DNA of 64,000 nt from Bryobacterales bacterium (GCA_963813465.1 CAWEZD010000017.1:3956-67955); one strand, 5' to 3'. Counted from the first letter of the stretch, positions 7,997 to 18,214 are shown. The notes: generated from the letters alone by a model not told the origin. Program-made: numbers and translations.

Positions 7997-10900
7997 AGAA
8001 GTATCGATCGGCCGGACCCTTTCAGCCTTCACCGATACAACGCCATCCTGATTCTGCAGCATGCCTTCGACAATCAGGTATGGGGCGCTCACCAGCATGG
8101 TTCGCTCCGCATCGAAAAGATCGGGCCGGACGATGGCGTTGGAGATGCCGGTTTCGTCTTCCAGGCTCAGGAACAGAAATCCCTTGGCAGTGCCGGGCCG
8201 CTGCCGGCAGATGACGCAGCCGGCGATGCGGACCAGAACGCCGTCGCGAACCAGGCGAATGCCGGCGGCGGGAATGACGCCAAGACGGTTCATCCGCTCA
8301 CGATGAAAACTCATCGGGTGCGGGCCGATGGTCAAGCCGGAGTTGTAAAAATCCGCGTGCAGACGTTCGACGGCGTCCATGGGTGCAAGCGGGGAAGCTT
8401 CATCAGAAGCCGCGGCTGGATCGAGCAGATCGCTCACGGGACGCAGCGCTAATTCGGACTGCCAGAGGGCTTCTCGACGGTGTTCAGTACCCTCAAGGGA
8501 ATTGAGCGCGCCGATTTCAGCAAGGCGGTTCAGGGCATCTTTATGAAGCCCGGGAACCCGGCGCACCAGATCGCGAATGCCGGTGAAGAGAGCGCGCTCA
8601 CGCTCCGCGGCGATGGCTCGGGCCGTGTCTTCGCGAAATCCTTTGATGTAATTGAAGCCGAGCCGGACCCATTGTTTGGCTCCTTTATGTAGATCTTGGT
8701 GATGTTCGATGGTACACAACCATTGCGAGTGAGCTACGTCCACGGGCTTGAAGCGCAATCCGTGCCGCTGGGCGTCCTTGACCAATGTTTGCGGGCTGTA
8801 GAACCCCATGGGCTGGTTGTTGAGGATGGCCGCCGTGAACGCGGCCAGGTAATGGCACTTGAGATACGCGCTGGCGTAGGCGATCAAAGCGAAGCTGGCG
8901 GCGTGCGACTCGGGAAATCCGTACAGCGCGAATGAGGAGATCGATTTCACGATGCGGTCCTGCACCTCGCCGGTGATGCCGTTGTTGGTCATGCCGGCGC
9001 GGAGCTTGCCCTCGATTTCCTGCATGCGTTTTTCGGAGCGCTTGAAGCCGAACGCGCGCCGCAGCTCCTCGGCTTCGCTGCCGCTGAATCCGGCGGTGAT
9101 CATGGCCATCTTCAGAAGCTGTTCCTGAAAGAGAGGGACGCCCAGAGTCCGCTTCAATACAGGCTCGAGCGACGGATGGATCGATTCGGGAGCCTCGCGC
9201 CCTTGCCTGCGGCGCAAGTAGGGATGATACATCTCGCCGACGATGGGGCCCGGGCGGATGATGGCGACCTCCACCACGATGTCGTAAAAATTCTTGGGCT
9301 TCAGGCGAGGCAGGCACGACATCTGGGCGCGGCTTTCCACCTGAAACAATCCCACCGTGTCCGCCTTTTGCAGAGCCGCATACACAGCAGGGTCGTCCTG
9401 CGGAAGATGCGCCAGATCCACGTCCTCGCGGGAGTGTTCGCGGATCAGCGCGATGGAATCTTCCAGCACGGCCATCATTCCCAGGCCCAGCAGGTCGACC
9501 TTGATGATTCCCATGTCCGCGCAATCTTCTTTATCCCATTGCACGACGACGCGGCCGGGCATGGTGGCCGGTTGCAGCGGAACGACGGCATCCAAACGCC
9601 CCTGGCAGATTACCATTCCGCCGGAGTGTTGCCCCAAATGGCGCGGCAGGTCCTGAATAGCGCAGTAAAGCGAAAGAAATTTCTGCACCAGCGGCTGGTG
9701 GAGGTCGATGCCGGAATCGTGGAACTGGCGTTCGGCCGTGTCCTTTTGATCGTGATAGCCCCAGCGGGGCGCGAGGCTCGACAGACGCGCGAGCGTTTCC
9801 TCTTCAAACCCGAGCGCCTTGCCGACATCGCGCGCGGCGGAGCGGCCCCGATAACTGATGACGTTGGCGGTCATGGCCGCGCCCAGGCGTCCATAGCGTT
9901 CGTAGACGTATTGAATGGCACGCTCGCGTTGATCGCCGCTGGGCAGATCGAGATCGATGTCGGGCCATTCGCCGCGGTTTTCGGAGAGGAACCGTTCGAA
10001 CAGCAGATCCATTCCGATGGGATCGATAGCGGTGATGCCGAGCGAATAACACACAGCGCTGTTGGCGGCCGAGCCCCGGCCCTGCACCAGAATGTTGCGA
10101 TCGCGGCAGTATTTCACGATGTCCCAGACGATCAGGAAGTAGCCGGGGAGTTTCAGCTTCTCGATCAGGGCGAGCTCGCGTTCGATCTGTTTGCGCACGC
10201 GGCCTTCGCCCGGAGCCTTATTCCATGTGTCTCCATAACGGCCCCGCGCGCCCTCCTCCGTCAGCTTGCGGAGAAGCGAATCCATCGTCTCGCCTTGTGG
10301 GACGGGATAGGGCGGGAATTGATAGCCGAGATCGGCGAGCGTGTAGGAGAGCCGCGCGGCGAGCTCTCGCAGTTTGGGCGATGGCCGCGGGGACATCGGC
10401 AAACAGAACCGCCATTTCTTGCGATGGCTTGAGGTGGCTTTCCGAATTTTTGGCCAGCAGACGTCCGGCTTTGCCGATGGTGGTTTTGTGGCGCACGCAG
10501 GTGAGGACGTCCATCAGCTCGCGTTCGCCGGGGGTGGCGTGGCAGACCCCGTTGGTGGCGATCAGAGGAAGATGGAAGCGCGCGGCGAGATTCGTCGCAG
10601 CCTGATTGCGGCGCTCCTCTTCACGGAGACGATGGCGCTGAAGCTCGACATAGACGTTGTTTGCGCCGAAGACGCCGATGAGTTGATGAGTCAACCGCTC
10701 CCTTTGGTCGCGGCTCTGTAAGAGCGAAAACGCAAGAGGCCCTTCGTGGCCGCCGGTGAGGCAGATGAGTCCTCGCGAGTGCTCGGCGAGATCATCCAGC
10801 GTGGCTGCGGCCTGATGCTGATTGCCGTTGGCTTCGCGGAGCTTGATTTTGGACAGCAGCCGGCAGAGGTTTTGATACCCTTCGCGCGTTTCCACCAGCA

Positions 10901-11141
10901 GCGGATATCGAAAACCCTCCCTGGCTGTTATCTCGGCTCCCACCAGCGCCCGTATGCCGGCTTTCTTCGCGGCTTGATGGAGACGCACTGCGCCGGAGAG
11001 ATTGTCGCGGTCGAGAAGCGCGATGGCGGGAATGTTGAGATCGGCGCATTGCGAAATCAAGGTTTCGGGAATCGACGCGCCTTCCAGAAAACTGAAGGCT
11101 GAGCGCGCGTGCAGCTCCATGTACTGTTCAGTCATAGACAC
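7964..11141 (-). pseudogene. dnaE2: Error-prone DNA polymerase DnaE2 (ImuC), frame broken once near 10370 (ORFs 10218-11141 and 7964-10402)
   Basis: The PHP N-terminus YMELHARSAFSFLEGAS reads to ..LFADVPAAIAQT in one frame. It continues as RELAARLSYTLADLGYQFPPYPVP in the other frame. The total span is 3178 nt (3n+1). Pol III alpha core motifs run throughout. Confidence 0.9.
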
Positions 11142-12396
11142 CCTCGATGAACCAGCGCCGCGAGTCCAATTGCAGATAAATGCGGTAAACGCCGCCGTCG
11201 CTCAGATCGATGTCCCAGGCATCGCGCACCCAGCGGGTTTCGGTCCACCATTCGCCGGCGCTGCGCCACGGACCGGAAGCGGTGAGGACCGTTCCGCGAA
11301 CGCCGGTGGCGGCGACTTCGGCCGGACGCTCCTGCTTCACGCGCACGGCGGCTTCAAGAGCGGGCCGGAACATGCGAAGAGCGATTTGTAATGAGAAGCG
11401 ATGCGAAACCTCTCCAGTTGACGGAGACGGGGGACGGAACGGCAGCATCGCGAATGCATCCGGACGATGCGTGTCGAGCAACGATGGCGATCCCACGTTG
11501 TGCTTGCCCACCAGTCCGGCGATGCGCGTCAGGACCAGTTGCAATTTCTGAGGCTCGGGTTGAGAAGGAAGAAAGAGCCCATGCTGCACCGATTGCGGCG
11601 GCACGGGATTCAGTTCGATTCGCACGGCGGCGACGGCGGCGGCGGCCGGATGCGCTTCCAGGTCCAGTTGCAGGATCTTGAGCAGCATAGGCGCGTCCTG
11701 AAGCGGCGCGGCGAACTCCAGAATGCGTTCGTGTTTCGATTTGTCTTCAAGCTCCAGGCCGAAATGGATGCGATTGGCCGCGAGCGATAAGCGGCGCATG
11801 GCGCTCAAAAGCTCATTCAAGATGGACGAGAGCACGAACAGCAGCGGCTCCAGCAGTTCGAGGGGATGATCCAGCTCGACTCGCTTTTCGAATTTGTTTT
11901 CCGGAGTCGCGATGCGGAGCACGCGCTGGGTCCGGCCGAGAGCGAGACGGCGCAGATGCACTCCGGCTTCTCCGAAGCGCTCCGCCAGGCCGATTTCCGG
12001 CAGCTCCGCCAATGCGGCGAGGGTGCGAATGCCCCAACGCTCAAAAGTTTCGAGAAGCTGCGGCGTGACTTCCCAATGTGCCGCCAAGGTTTCGATGGGA
12101 AAAGCGCCGAGGGCGCCCGCTTCCTGGCCGGGAGGGACGATGGTGACGCCGGGTTTGTTTCTGGCGATCAACACCGCGGTGTCGGGATTGCCGGCGATCG
12201 CCAGGCTCGCCTGGATTCCCAGGGCCGCGCCGCAGCGTCCGATCTCGGCGGCGATCTGGTGCGGCGTGCCCATCAATCGGCCGAGTCCGGCGATGGAGAA
12301 AACCACCATCTCGGGTGAGGTCCGTTCCACCGCCGGCGAAAAAGAAGACGCGAGCGCGAAAAGATCTCCGTGGGTGGAATGAACGCAGGCGAACAT
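11128..12396 (-). CDS. imuB: ImuB, Y-family polymerase-like protein of the mutagenesis cassette
   Basis: MFACVHS..VVFSIAGLGRLMG..AIAGNPDTA..ERWGIRTLAALAELP. It lies between imuA and dnaE2. The start is set at ATG 12396, 16 nt after the imuA stop. Confidence 0.85.
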   Translation of the reverse strand: MFACVHSTHGDLFALASSFSPAVERTSPEMVVFSIAGLGRLMGTPHQIAAEIGRCGAALGIQASLAIAGNPDTAVLIARNKPGVTIVPPGQEAGALGAFPIETLAAHWEVTPQLLETFERWGIRTLAALAELPEIGLAERFGEAGVHLRRLALGRTQRVLRIATPENKFEKRVELDHPLELLEPLLFVLSSILNELLSAMRRLSLAANRIHFGLELEDKSKHERILEFAAPLQDAPMLLKILQLDLEAHPAAAAVAAVRIELNPVPPQSVQHGLFLPSQPEPQKLQLVLTRIAGLVGKHNVGSPSLLDTHRPDAFAMLPFRPPSPSTGEVSHRFSLQIALRMFRPALEAAVRVKQERPAEVAATGVRGTVLTASGPWRSAGEWWTETRWVRDAWDIDLSDGGVYRIYLQLDSRRWFIEGVYD

Positions 12397-12412
12397 ATTT
12401 ATACAGAGCGGC

Positions 12413-13069
12413 TCAGCCTGCCAAAACGGCTTGGAGCGGGGCGCTGGCGCGCGCCGGTTTTCTCGAAGACGCGTGAAAATCGATTCCGTCGAGAACGGGA
12501 ACCTGCGCGGAGCCGGACCAGTGCGTGCCGCGGCGCTCCATCTCAATGGTGCAAGACGCACAGGAACCCGCGATCGGGCGGCTTCCCGCGATGGCCAGAA
12601 TCGAGGTGGTGCTTTCGACGGCGCGGCGAAAACGGTACCACCAGGGCAGCGGAATGCGGCGCAACGTTTCCGGCGAGGCGTCGCACAGGTCGAGAATGAC
12701 CACCCCGAACCCTCCGCCGTGAAGAATCCAGTCGGCGGCTTTCAGGGCATAGTCGGGTTTCCGATTGCAGCGAACCCACAGGAGCCTTTCGAGGGCCACT
12801 CCGTTGTTCCGCGCGGTGGCGGGATCGAAGGCATCGGCGCAGTCGATGAAGGCGCAGATTTCTCCGCGGGTCTGGGATTCCGCCAGAATCGCATGCAAAA
12901 GGGCGGTGCGGCCGGAGGACGGGCGGCCGAGGATTTCGGAAATCGCGCCTCGGGGCAGCCGAAGGGTTTGCGAGAGGTGCTCAAGTGTAAGAAAAGAGGA
13001 GGAATCGGTAGAAAAAGTTCCTTTGTGGACCAGAGTGGACAGGATGTTGCTCGCCAGTGTATTCGCCAT
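12413..13069 (-). CDS. imuA: ImuA, RecA-fold/SulA-like protein of the mutagenesis cassette
   Basis: GAISEILGRPSSGRTALL (P-loop-like), AFIDCADAFDP, LWVRC, GGFGVVILDL. It is the first gene of the three-gene cassette. Confidence 0.85.
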   Translation of the reverse strand: MANTLASNILSTLVHKGTFSTDSSSFLTLEHLSQTLRLPRGAISEILGRPSSGRTALLHAILAESQTRGEICAFIDCADAFDPATARNNGVALERLLWVRCNRKPDYALKAADWILHGGGFGVVILDLCDASPETLRRIPLPWWYRFRRAVESTTSILAIAGSRPIAGSCASCTIEMERRGTHWSGSAQVPVLDGIDFHASSRKPARASAPLQAVLAG

Positions 13070-13139
13070 TTCTTCGCCTACGTTATTTTCCCCCCGTCAG
13101 CCGGCGGTGTCAATTAGAATGTGTGGGGAGGATGTCCAC

Positions 13140-14222
13140 ATGAGATTGACTTTGCCGGCATCGATTCTGATCGCGCTGACAGGAGTTGCTTGGGCGCAGC
13201 GCGGCCCGCAGGCGCCTCAGCCGGCGCTGATGGAGTGCGGGACGCACGGCGACGTGGAGATTCTCTGCGGCACGCGTTCGCCGGAAGACCTGGAGCCGAC
13301 TCCGGACGGAAAATACCTGATCGTGAGCCAGTTTGTGAACGGCAGGGGTGGCGGAGGCGGCGCCGGTCTGGTGCTGTTCGATCTCGCCAAGAAAACCTAC
13401 AGCCCCATCCCCATCACCGCGGAGCCGCGCAAGGATTGGAGCGATGCGGCGTGCCCCGGTCCGGTGGGAGACAAGATGGTGCCGCATGGCATCTCGCTGG
13501 GGAAGCGCACGGGCGGCGTGATGCAGCTCTATGTGGTCAATCACGGCGGACGGCAGTCGATCGAAATGTTCGAGCTGAAACAGGCGGGCGGGAACTGGAC
13601 GCTGGTGTGGCACGGCTGCGCGGTGACGATGGCGGAATTCAACGACGTCGCGGTGCTGCCCGACGGCGGATTCATCGCGACGCATCCGACTTCGCTGATG
13701 ACGCCGGGCGGCACACAGGGCAACAACGCCGACCTGATGAGCGGGAAGCCCAGCGGGGAGGTCGCGCGCTGGACTCCGGGGAAGGGCGAAACGGAATTGC
13801 CGGGGACTCGGGAGGGCTATCCGAACGGCGTTCTGGTGAGCGCGGACGGCCGCACCATGTACTTCAATGCGTGGACGGCCAAGGAAGTCCACAAATACGA
13901 CCTCAAGGAAGGGAAAGAGACCGGCGTGGTGAAGCTGGATTTCATGCCCGACAACATTACCTGGACCCGCGATCGCAAGATGCTGGCGGCGGGAGTGAAG
14001 GGCGCTCGCGGGGATTGTCCCGCCGGCAGCGGCACGCCATGCGGGCAGCAGTTCGGAGTGGCGGAGATCGACCCGGCGAAGATGGAAGCGAAGACGGTCT
14101 TCGATTCGCAAGGCAAGGGCGCGCTGATTTCGGGAGTCTCCGTGGCGCTTCAGGTGGGCGACGCAATCTATATTGGCGCGTTTCAGGGAGACCGGCTGGT
14201 AAAGATCGGCTGGAAGAAGTAG
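13140..14222 (+). CDS. Secreted six-bladed propeller, paraoxonase/arylesterase (SMP-30/PON)-like
   Basis: GGAGG RBS then ATG 13140 and signal MRLTLPASILIALTGVAWAQ. PHGISL..LYVVNHGGRQSIEMFEL..FNDVAVLPDGGFIATH..YPNGVLVSADGRTMYF resembles the PON/arylesterase fold. Confidence 0.7.
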   Translation: MRLTLPASILIALTGVAWAQRGPQAPQPALMECGTHGDVEILCGTRSPEDLEPTPDGKYLIVSQFVNGRGGGGGAGLVLFDLAKKTYSPIPITAEPRKDWSDAACPGPVGDKMVPHGISLGKRTGGVMQLYVVNHGGRQSIEMFELKQAGGNWTLVWHGCAVTMAEFNDVAVLPDGGFIATHPTSLMTPGGTQGNNADLMSGKPSGEVARWTPGKGETELPGTREGYPNGVLVSADGRTMYFNAWTAKEVHKYDLKEGKETGVVKLDFMPDNITWTRDRKMLAAGVKGARGDCPAGSGTPCGQQFGVAEIDPAKMEAKTVFDSQGKGALISGVSVALQVGDAIYIGAFQGDRLVKIGWKK

Positions 14223-14243
14223 AGGTTGCGGAGGGACTGGCGT

Positions 14244-14954
14244 CTAAGGGCGTCCAGTTGAGCTTGCATTCTGAGCGTCGAACCGGGGGGGAGGCTCCGC
14301 CCGTAAGCCGAAGCCGCGAGGGACGGGCGTCCTGAACGATCTCGCGTTGGCCCATCTCTGGAGCGCGTCGGTGTCCTTGAAGTCGAACTTGGCGAGTTTC
14401 AAGCCGTCGTCGAGATCCACGGCCTGGCCGCGCTTCACAGTGACCAGAGCGGCGGAGCCGTCGCGCCGCACTTCCGCCCGGCCGCTGAATACACGCAAGC
14501 GGCCTGGGGCTGCATCCAAGGGCCCTAGGTCCAAACGATAAACGCCCGCCTGCTTCATCATGATCACGCTATTGCCGGCAATCAGACGAAAGCGGTCGGT
14601 CTTGAGAATATAGTTCACGGTAACCACGGCCGATCCGGATTCGAGAGACACGCACGCGTCGGTGAGCTGGACATCGTCCATGTGCAAGCGGCTCATGTCG
14701 CCGAGCCGGAGAATGACTCCGGGGTTCAACAAGACCTCCGCCCGGCCGCGTTGCGTGGACAGGCTCTCGCCATCCTTGAGTTGGCGATAGGATTCGCCGG
14801 TCTTGAGCCGGCCGCCTTCGACGGAAACACGGCCCTGAACGAAAAGCACGAATCCGGCCTTGGCGCTGATCACCCTTTGCGCGTGCGCGGCGCCTGTATG
14901 CACAACGGCGCCTGCAAGCACGAGAATGATGAGCCGCGCTTTGGGCGGGACCAT
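14244..14954 (-). CDS. FecR-domain secreted protein
   Basis: Signal LIILVLAGAVVHTGAAHAQ and a FecR-like beta-rich core (GRAEVLLNPGVILRLGDMSRL..). Confidence 0.65.
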   Translation of the reverse strand: MVPPKARLIILVLAGAVVHTGAAHAQRVISAKAGFVLFVQGRVSVEGGRLKTGESYRQLKDGESLSTQRGRAEVLLNPGVILRLGDMSRLHMDDVQLTDACVSLESGSAVVTVNYILKTDRFRLIAGNSVIMMKQAGVYRLDLGPLDAAPGRLRVFSGRAEVRRDGSAALVTVKRGQAVDLDDGLKLAKFDFKDTDALQRWANARSFRTPVPRGFGLRAEPPPRFDAQNASSTGRP

Positions 14955-15069
14955 ACCTTTAGATTATAGGAGCGAAAACCGAAGGCTGGCAGAACAGCGG
15001 GCTGAGGCCGGCTGGGTCCTGGAAATCGGAGGAGAGAATCCAGGACCCGGGCACATGCCCTACCGCAAC

Positions 15070-16134
15070 CTAAACCGCGCGGCGCAGGGGCGCATCCGCT
15101 CTCGGTTCCATGGTCAGGACCCGGCTGCGGCCGCGGCGGGTTTCCTGCATCCGCTCGGTGGCCGAGGCGATGGCCTCGTCGATGGATTCGCTGCGCACTT
15201 CCACGCCGCCCCAACTGAACAGGATCGAGAGCGAGCCCATGGAGCAGAGCTGGAAATCCCATAGCTGTTCGGCGATCCGGCTGAGCCGGCGCTGGGCGGA
15301 GGCGCCGCGCTCGCCGGGGTAAATCAGCAGGAACTCGTCTTTGCCGGATTGCGCCGCGAAATCGTTGGGGCCGATCAACGATTGGATCAGCGCGCGAACG
15401 CCGGCCGGCAGGGAACGATTCGTATCTTGCGACGCGCTCGCGCCGATCGAGACCACCAGCCCGCTTACCGGCTGGCGGCTCTCCACCAGACGGGTTAGGA
15501 CGAAGCCGTCCTGGAGGCCGGCCGGCAAAGCCGGTTCACCCCGTAGTTGTTCAGATGGCGCGGAGGCGGTTGCCGCAACCACTGTGTTCAGACGAGTCAG
15601 CTCGACGGGCTTGCGGCGTGCATTCAGCAGCGCACCCCAGTCCCGGGATGCGCCGGGGGACTTTGCCGCAACCGCTGGAGCGGCAGCGGATGGCATGACT
15701 TCGGCTTGCATGACTTCCACCACGGGGACATTCATCACCGGCTCGCCGACAGCGGGAGGTTCGGATGGAACGCGATCGGGCACGCGGCGAGGCTTTGGCG
15801 CGGCGGCCAACTGCTCTCCCCGCCGGATGGCCGCCAGAGCTTCCGGAGCGAGGGCGCGCTTTTCCGGCCTCTCCGGCCGCTTGGTGGCGGGGGCGCCCAA
15901 CGGCGCTCTCGTCGCGGCAACGGGCTCCGCTCCGGCCGGAGCCGCAAGGGCGTGCGGCACAAGCATCTGGAAACGCTTGTTCTCTTCCTCGCGCCGGACC
16001 TTGAGCTCGATGGCAAGCTCGCGAAGCTGCTCGTTGTTGCCCTTCAGAAGATCGCAGACCAATGCGACGAAGGCGGCGCCCAGTATGACAACCAGGCTGA
16101 GCACAATTTGCATCTGATATTGACCGAGTTCCAT
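15070..16134 (-). CDS. Membrane-anchored protein with degenerate GGDEF-like C-terminal domain
   Basis: N-terminal TM IVLSLVVILGAAFVALVCDLL and a Pro/Ala-rich linker. The C-terminus DFAAQSGKDEFLLIYPG..SWGGVEV..ERMQETRRGR aligns to the GGDEF fold, with GKDEF replacing GGDEF. Confidence 0.65.
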   Translation of the reverse strand: MELGQYQMQIVLSLVVILGAAFVALVCDLLKGNNEQLRELAIELKVRREEENKRFQMLVPHALAAPAGAEPVAATRAPLGAPATKRPERPEKRALAPEALAAIRRGEQLAAAPKPRRVPDRVPSEPPAVGEPVMNVPVVEVMQAEVMPSAAAPAVAAKSPGASRDWGALLNARRKPVELTRLNTVVAATASAPSEQLRGEPALPAGLQDGFVLTRLVESRQPVSGLVVSIGASASQDTNRSLPAGVRALIQSLIGPNDFAAQSGKDEFLLIYPGERGASAQRRLSRIAEQLWDFQLCSMGSLSILFSWGGVEVRSESIDEAIASATERMQETRRGRSRVLTMEPRADAPLRRAV

Positions 16135-16234
16135 TGCATCCCGATTCTAGTTCGCGATCAGAATAGGTGGAATAGCCGTCAACTCCTATTTCGCGGCGGT
16201 ACCGGAGCGCTGAAAATACCTGGGACCCTCAGTA

Positions 16235-16885
16235 CTAACGCTCGCCAAACCAGGCTAGAAAGAGACCATCCGGAGGGACGTCTTCCCAATAGGAAATCGG
16301 CTGGCTCCAGACGCGGCGGCAATGGCGATCGAGCAGTCGCTCCAGTTCCTTGCGCCCGAACCAGCGCTCCCACTGCGGCGTATTCAATCGTCCCCAGGCC
16401 TCCGCGTTCTTATCGATGATGACGATGCGCCCGCCCGGCCGAACGATGCGCGCCAGCTCGGCCACTGCGGCGGGGATGTCCACGGCGTGTTCGAGCGATT
16501 CGGTGGCATAGGCGGCATCCATCGCATTACTGGCAACGGGAAGCGAGGTCATGCTGGCGGCAATGCGCTGGAGATTGGCCGGGACCTGGGCCAGCATGGC
16601 TTCCGCCAGATCCACGGCGACCACATGGGCGCCGGGCCAGCGCTGCTTGACGATGCGCGCGAAGCGTCCCTTTCCGCAGCCGATATCGGCGACGCGCCCG
16701 CCTGGAGCCAAGCAGGCTTCCAGGTGCTCCAGAACCAGTTTGACATGCCAGATGCGGGGATCGATGGTGGACGGGTAATGCTCCTCGTCGCCGGCCGCGC
16801 GGTTGAAATAGGCACGGATTTCGGAAGGCGTAATTTCCGGGCGGCCGCGCAAACGGTCCATCTTTAAACGATCGAGGAGACCCAT
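16235..16885 (-). CDS. Class I SAM-dependent methyltransferase
   Basis: VADIGCGKGRFARIV, VVAVDLAEAML, RPGGRIVIID. Confidence 0.8.
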   Translation of the reverse strand: MGLLDRLKMDRLRGRPEITPSEIRAYFNRAAGDEEHYPSTIDPRIWHVKLVLEHLEACLAPGGRVADIGCGKGRFARIVKQRWPGAHVVAVDLAEAMLAQVPANLQRIAASMTSLPVASNAMDAAYATESLEHAVDIPAAVAELARIVRPGGRIVIIDKNAEAWGRLNTPQWERWFGRKELERLLDRHCRRVWSQPISYWEDVPPDGLFLAWFGER

Positions 16886-16894
16886 ATAGCCGCC

Positions 16895-18058
16895 TCAGTC
16901 GGGTTTCGTCAGGAAGATGGGCAGGCCCATCTTATCGGCGTAATTGGGGCGGTAGCGGTCCTTGTTGTACATGCTGTCGAGATCCACCCTGCGCGGGCCC
17001 AGCGCCGGATCGGGAATCGGAGCCAGCGTATAACAGCCGTGCACCAGCGCGGCCATCAGCCCGCTTCTGCCGGAGAGCACGGCGTCCATGGCGATGTTCC
17101 CGAAGGTGGCCGCAATCAGCTTGTCGGCGAAGTCCGGCTCACCGCTGCGCAGATCGTAGGTCAGGTCGCTCACGATGCACTCTTCTTCGGTGCGTTTGCC
17201 GATCTCCATCGCCAAAGCTTCGCCCACGCTGGCCTTGTGACGATGGCCGAACGCGTCGGGCTCGCCGTACTCCTGCACCTTGTATCCTTCCCATTGCGCG
17301 CCTTCGGAGAGCACCACCAGCACGTAGTTGCTGGGCGTATTGCGCTTCTCCTCCATCAAAATGTCGATCAAGTGGTCGAGCTTTACTTTGTATTCGGGGA
17401 TGCAGCAGCGGATGGAGGTGACATAGGCGGTGTACAGCGCCGTAAAGCCGGCGTCGCGGCCGAAGACCCGGAAGATGCCCACGCGTTCATGCGATCCCAC
17501 GGTGGTGCGTTGCCGCTGGATGGCGTCCATGGCGCGCGTGATGGCGGTGGAAAAGCCGATGCAGTACTCGGTATTGCGTACGTCGTTGTCCATGGTCTTG
17601 GGGACGGCGACCACCTTCATGCCCAGCTTATCCAGGCGCGCCGCGTAACTTATCGTGTCGTCGCCCCCGATGGCAACCAAGTGGTCGATCCCCAGCTTTT
17701 CCAGGTTTCCGAGCACTTGTTTGCTCAAGTCCCAAGCGCCGTCGCGTTGGGGAAAGCTATTGGCGGAAAGAAACTCGGGCAGCTTGCGCATCTTCGACGG
17801 ATTGGTTCGGGTGGAGTGCAGCATGGTGCCGCCGGTGCGGTCGATGGTGTTGGTGTTGGCGCGGTTCAGCGGTTGAACATAGCGTTCCTTGCTGGCCGGG
17901 TCGTCGAGATTGAGATGGGTGAGCCCTTCCCAGCCGCGGCGGATGCCGACGATTTCGCAATCGTTCTCCGTGCCGCGGAAGACCACTTCCTTGATGACTG
18001 AATTGAGGCCGGGAACATCACCGCCTCCGGTGAGAATGCCGATTCGCTTGAGGGCCAT
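16895..18058 (-). CDS. pfkA: 6-phosphofructokinase (PfkA family; ATP- or PPi-dependent not resolved)
   Basis: IGILTGGGDVPGLNSVI, IGGDDT, PKTMDNDV. Confidence 0.9.
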   Translation of the reverse strand: MALKRIGILTGGGDVPGLNSVIKEVVFRGTENDCEIVGIRRGWEGLTHLNLDDPASKERYVQPLNRANTNTIDRTGGTMLHSTRTNPSKMRKLPEFLSANSFPQRDGAWDLSKQVLGNLEKLGIDHLVAIGGDDTISYAARLDKLGMKVVAVPKTMDNDVRNTEYCIGFSTAITRAMDAIQRQRTTVGSHERVGIFRVFGRDAGFTALYTAYVTSIRCCIPEYKVKLDHLIDILMEEKRNTPSNYVLVVLSEGAQWEGYKVQEYGEPDAFGHRHKASVGEALAMEIGKRTEEECIVSDLTYDLRSGEPDFADKLIAATFGNIAMDAVLSGRSGLMAALVHGCYTLAPIPDPALGPRRVDLDSMYNKDRYRPNYADKMGLPIFLTKPD

Positions 18059-18185
18059 ACTTCATTTTACCGGGTGAGCGAGACAGCTCGACCGCGCGCT
18101 TCAGGGCCATGGTTTTCTGGTACGCGTTCAGCGCATCGAAACTCGGGAGTGGATCGGGATGAGGCATTGGTCGATCATACTAAGT

Positions 18186-18214
18186 GGCAGGTCGGGGACC
18201 TGCCCCACCGGCTA
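18186..18214. repeat. REP-like palindromic element, copy 1 (GGCAGGTC-GGG-GACCTGCC hairpin abutting a stop codon)
   Basis: GGCAGGTCGGGGACCTGCCCCACCGGCTA. A near-identical copy lies at 29666-29693. CTA is the reverse-complement TAG stop of the 18212-19915 gene. Confidence 0.8.

Noticed and set aside
8685-10432. Long ORFs antisense to or overlapping dnaE2 (279 aa on the minus strand in an alternative frame, 418 aa on the plus strand)
   Set aside because: They are Arg/Gly/Ala-rich with no motifs, and they fully overlap a gene with strong polymerase homology. These are typical shadow ORFs of high-GC DNA. The same reasoning applies to similar ORFs over 13110-14335, 15341-16419, 17039-18001, 19256-21164, 25519-27476, 33400-36320, 36434-37116, 42089-43045, 43714-44478, 48208-48976, 49862-51871 and 60748-61935.
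12765-13139. N-terminal 125-aa extension of the 485-aa ORF (12765-14222)
   Set aside because: It overlaps imuA on the other strand. A GGAGG RBS, the ATG at 13140 and a clean signal peptide define the real start.
13070-13139. Possible LexA/SOS operator upstream of imuA (TGTGG-N9-CCACA at about 13122-13140)
   Set aside because: The arms are only 5 bp. It overlaps the RBS and start of the divergent gene. It matches no LexA motif I know, so the evidence is too weak to call.
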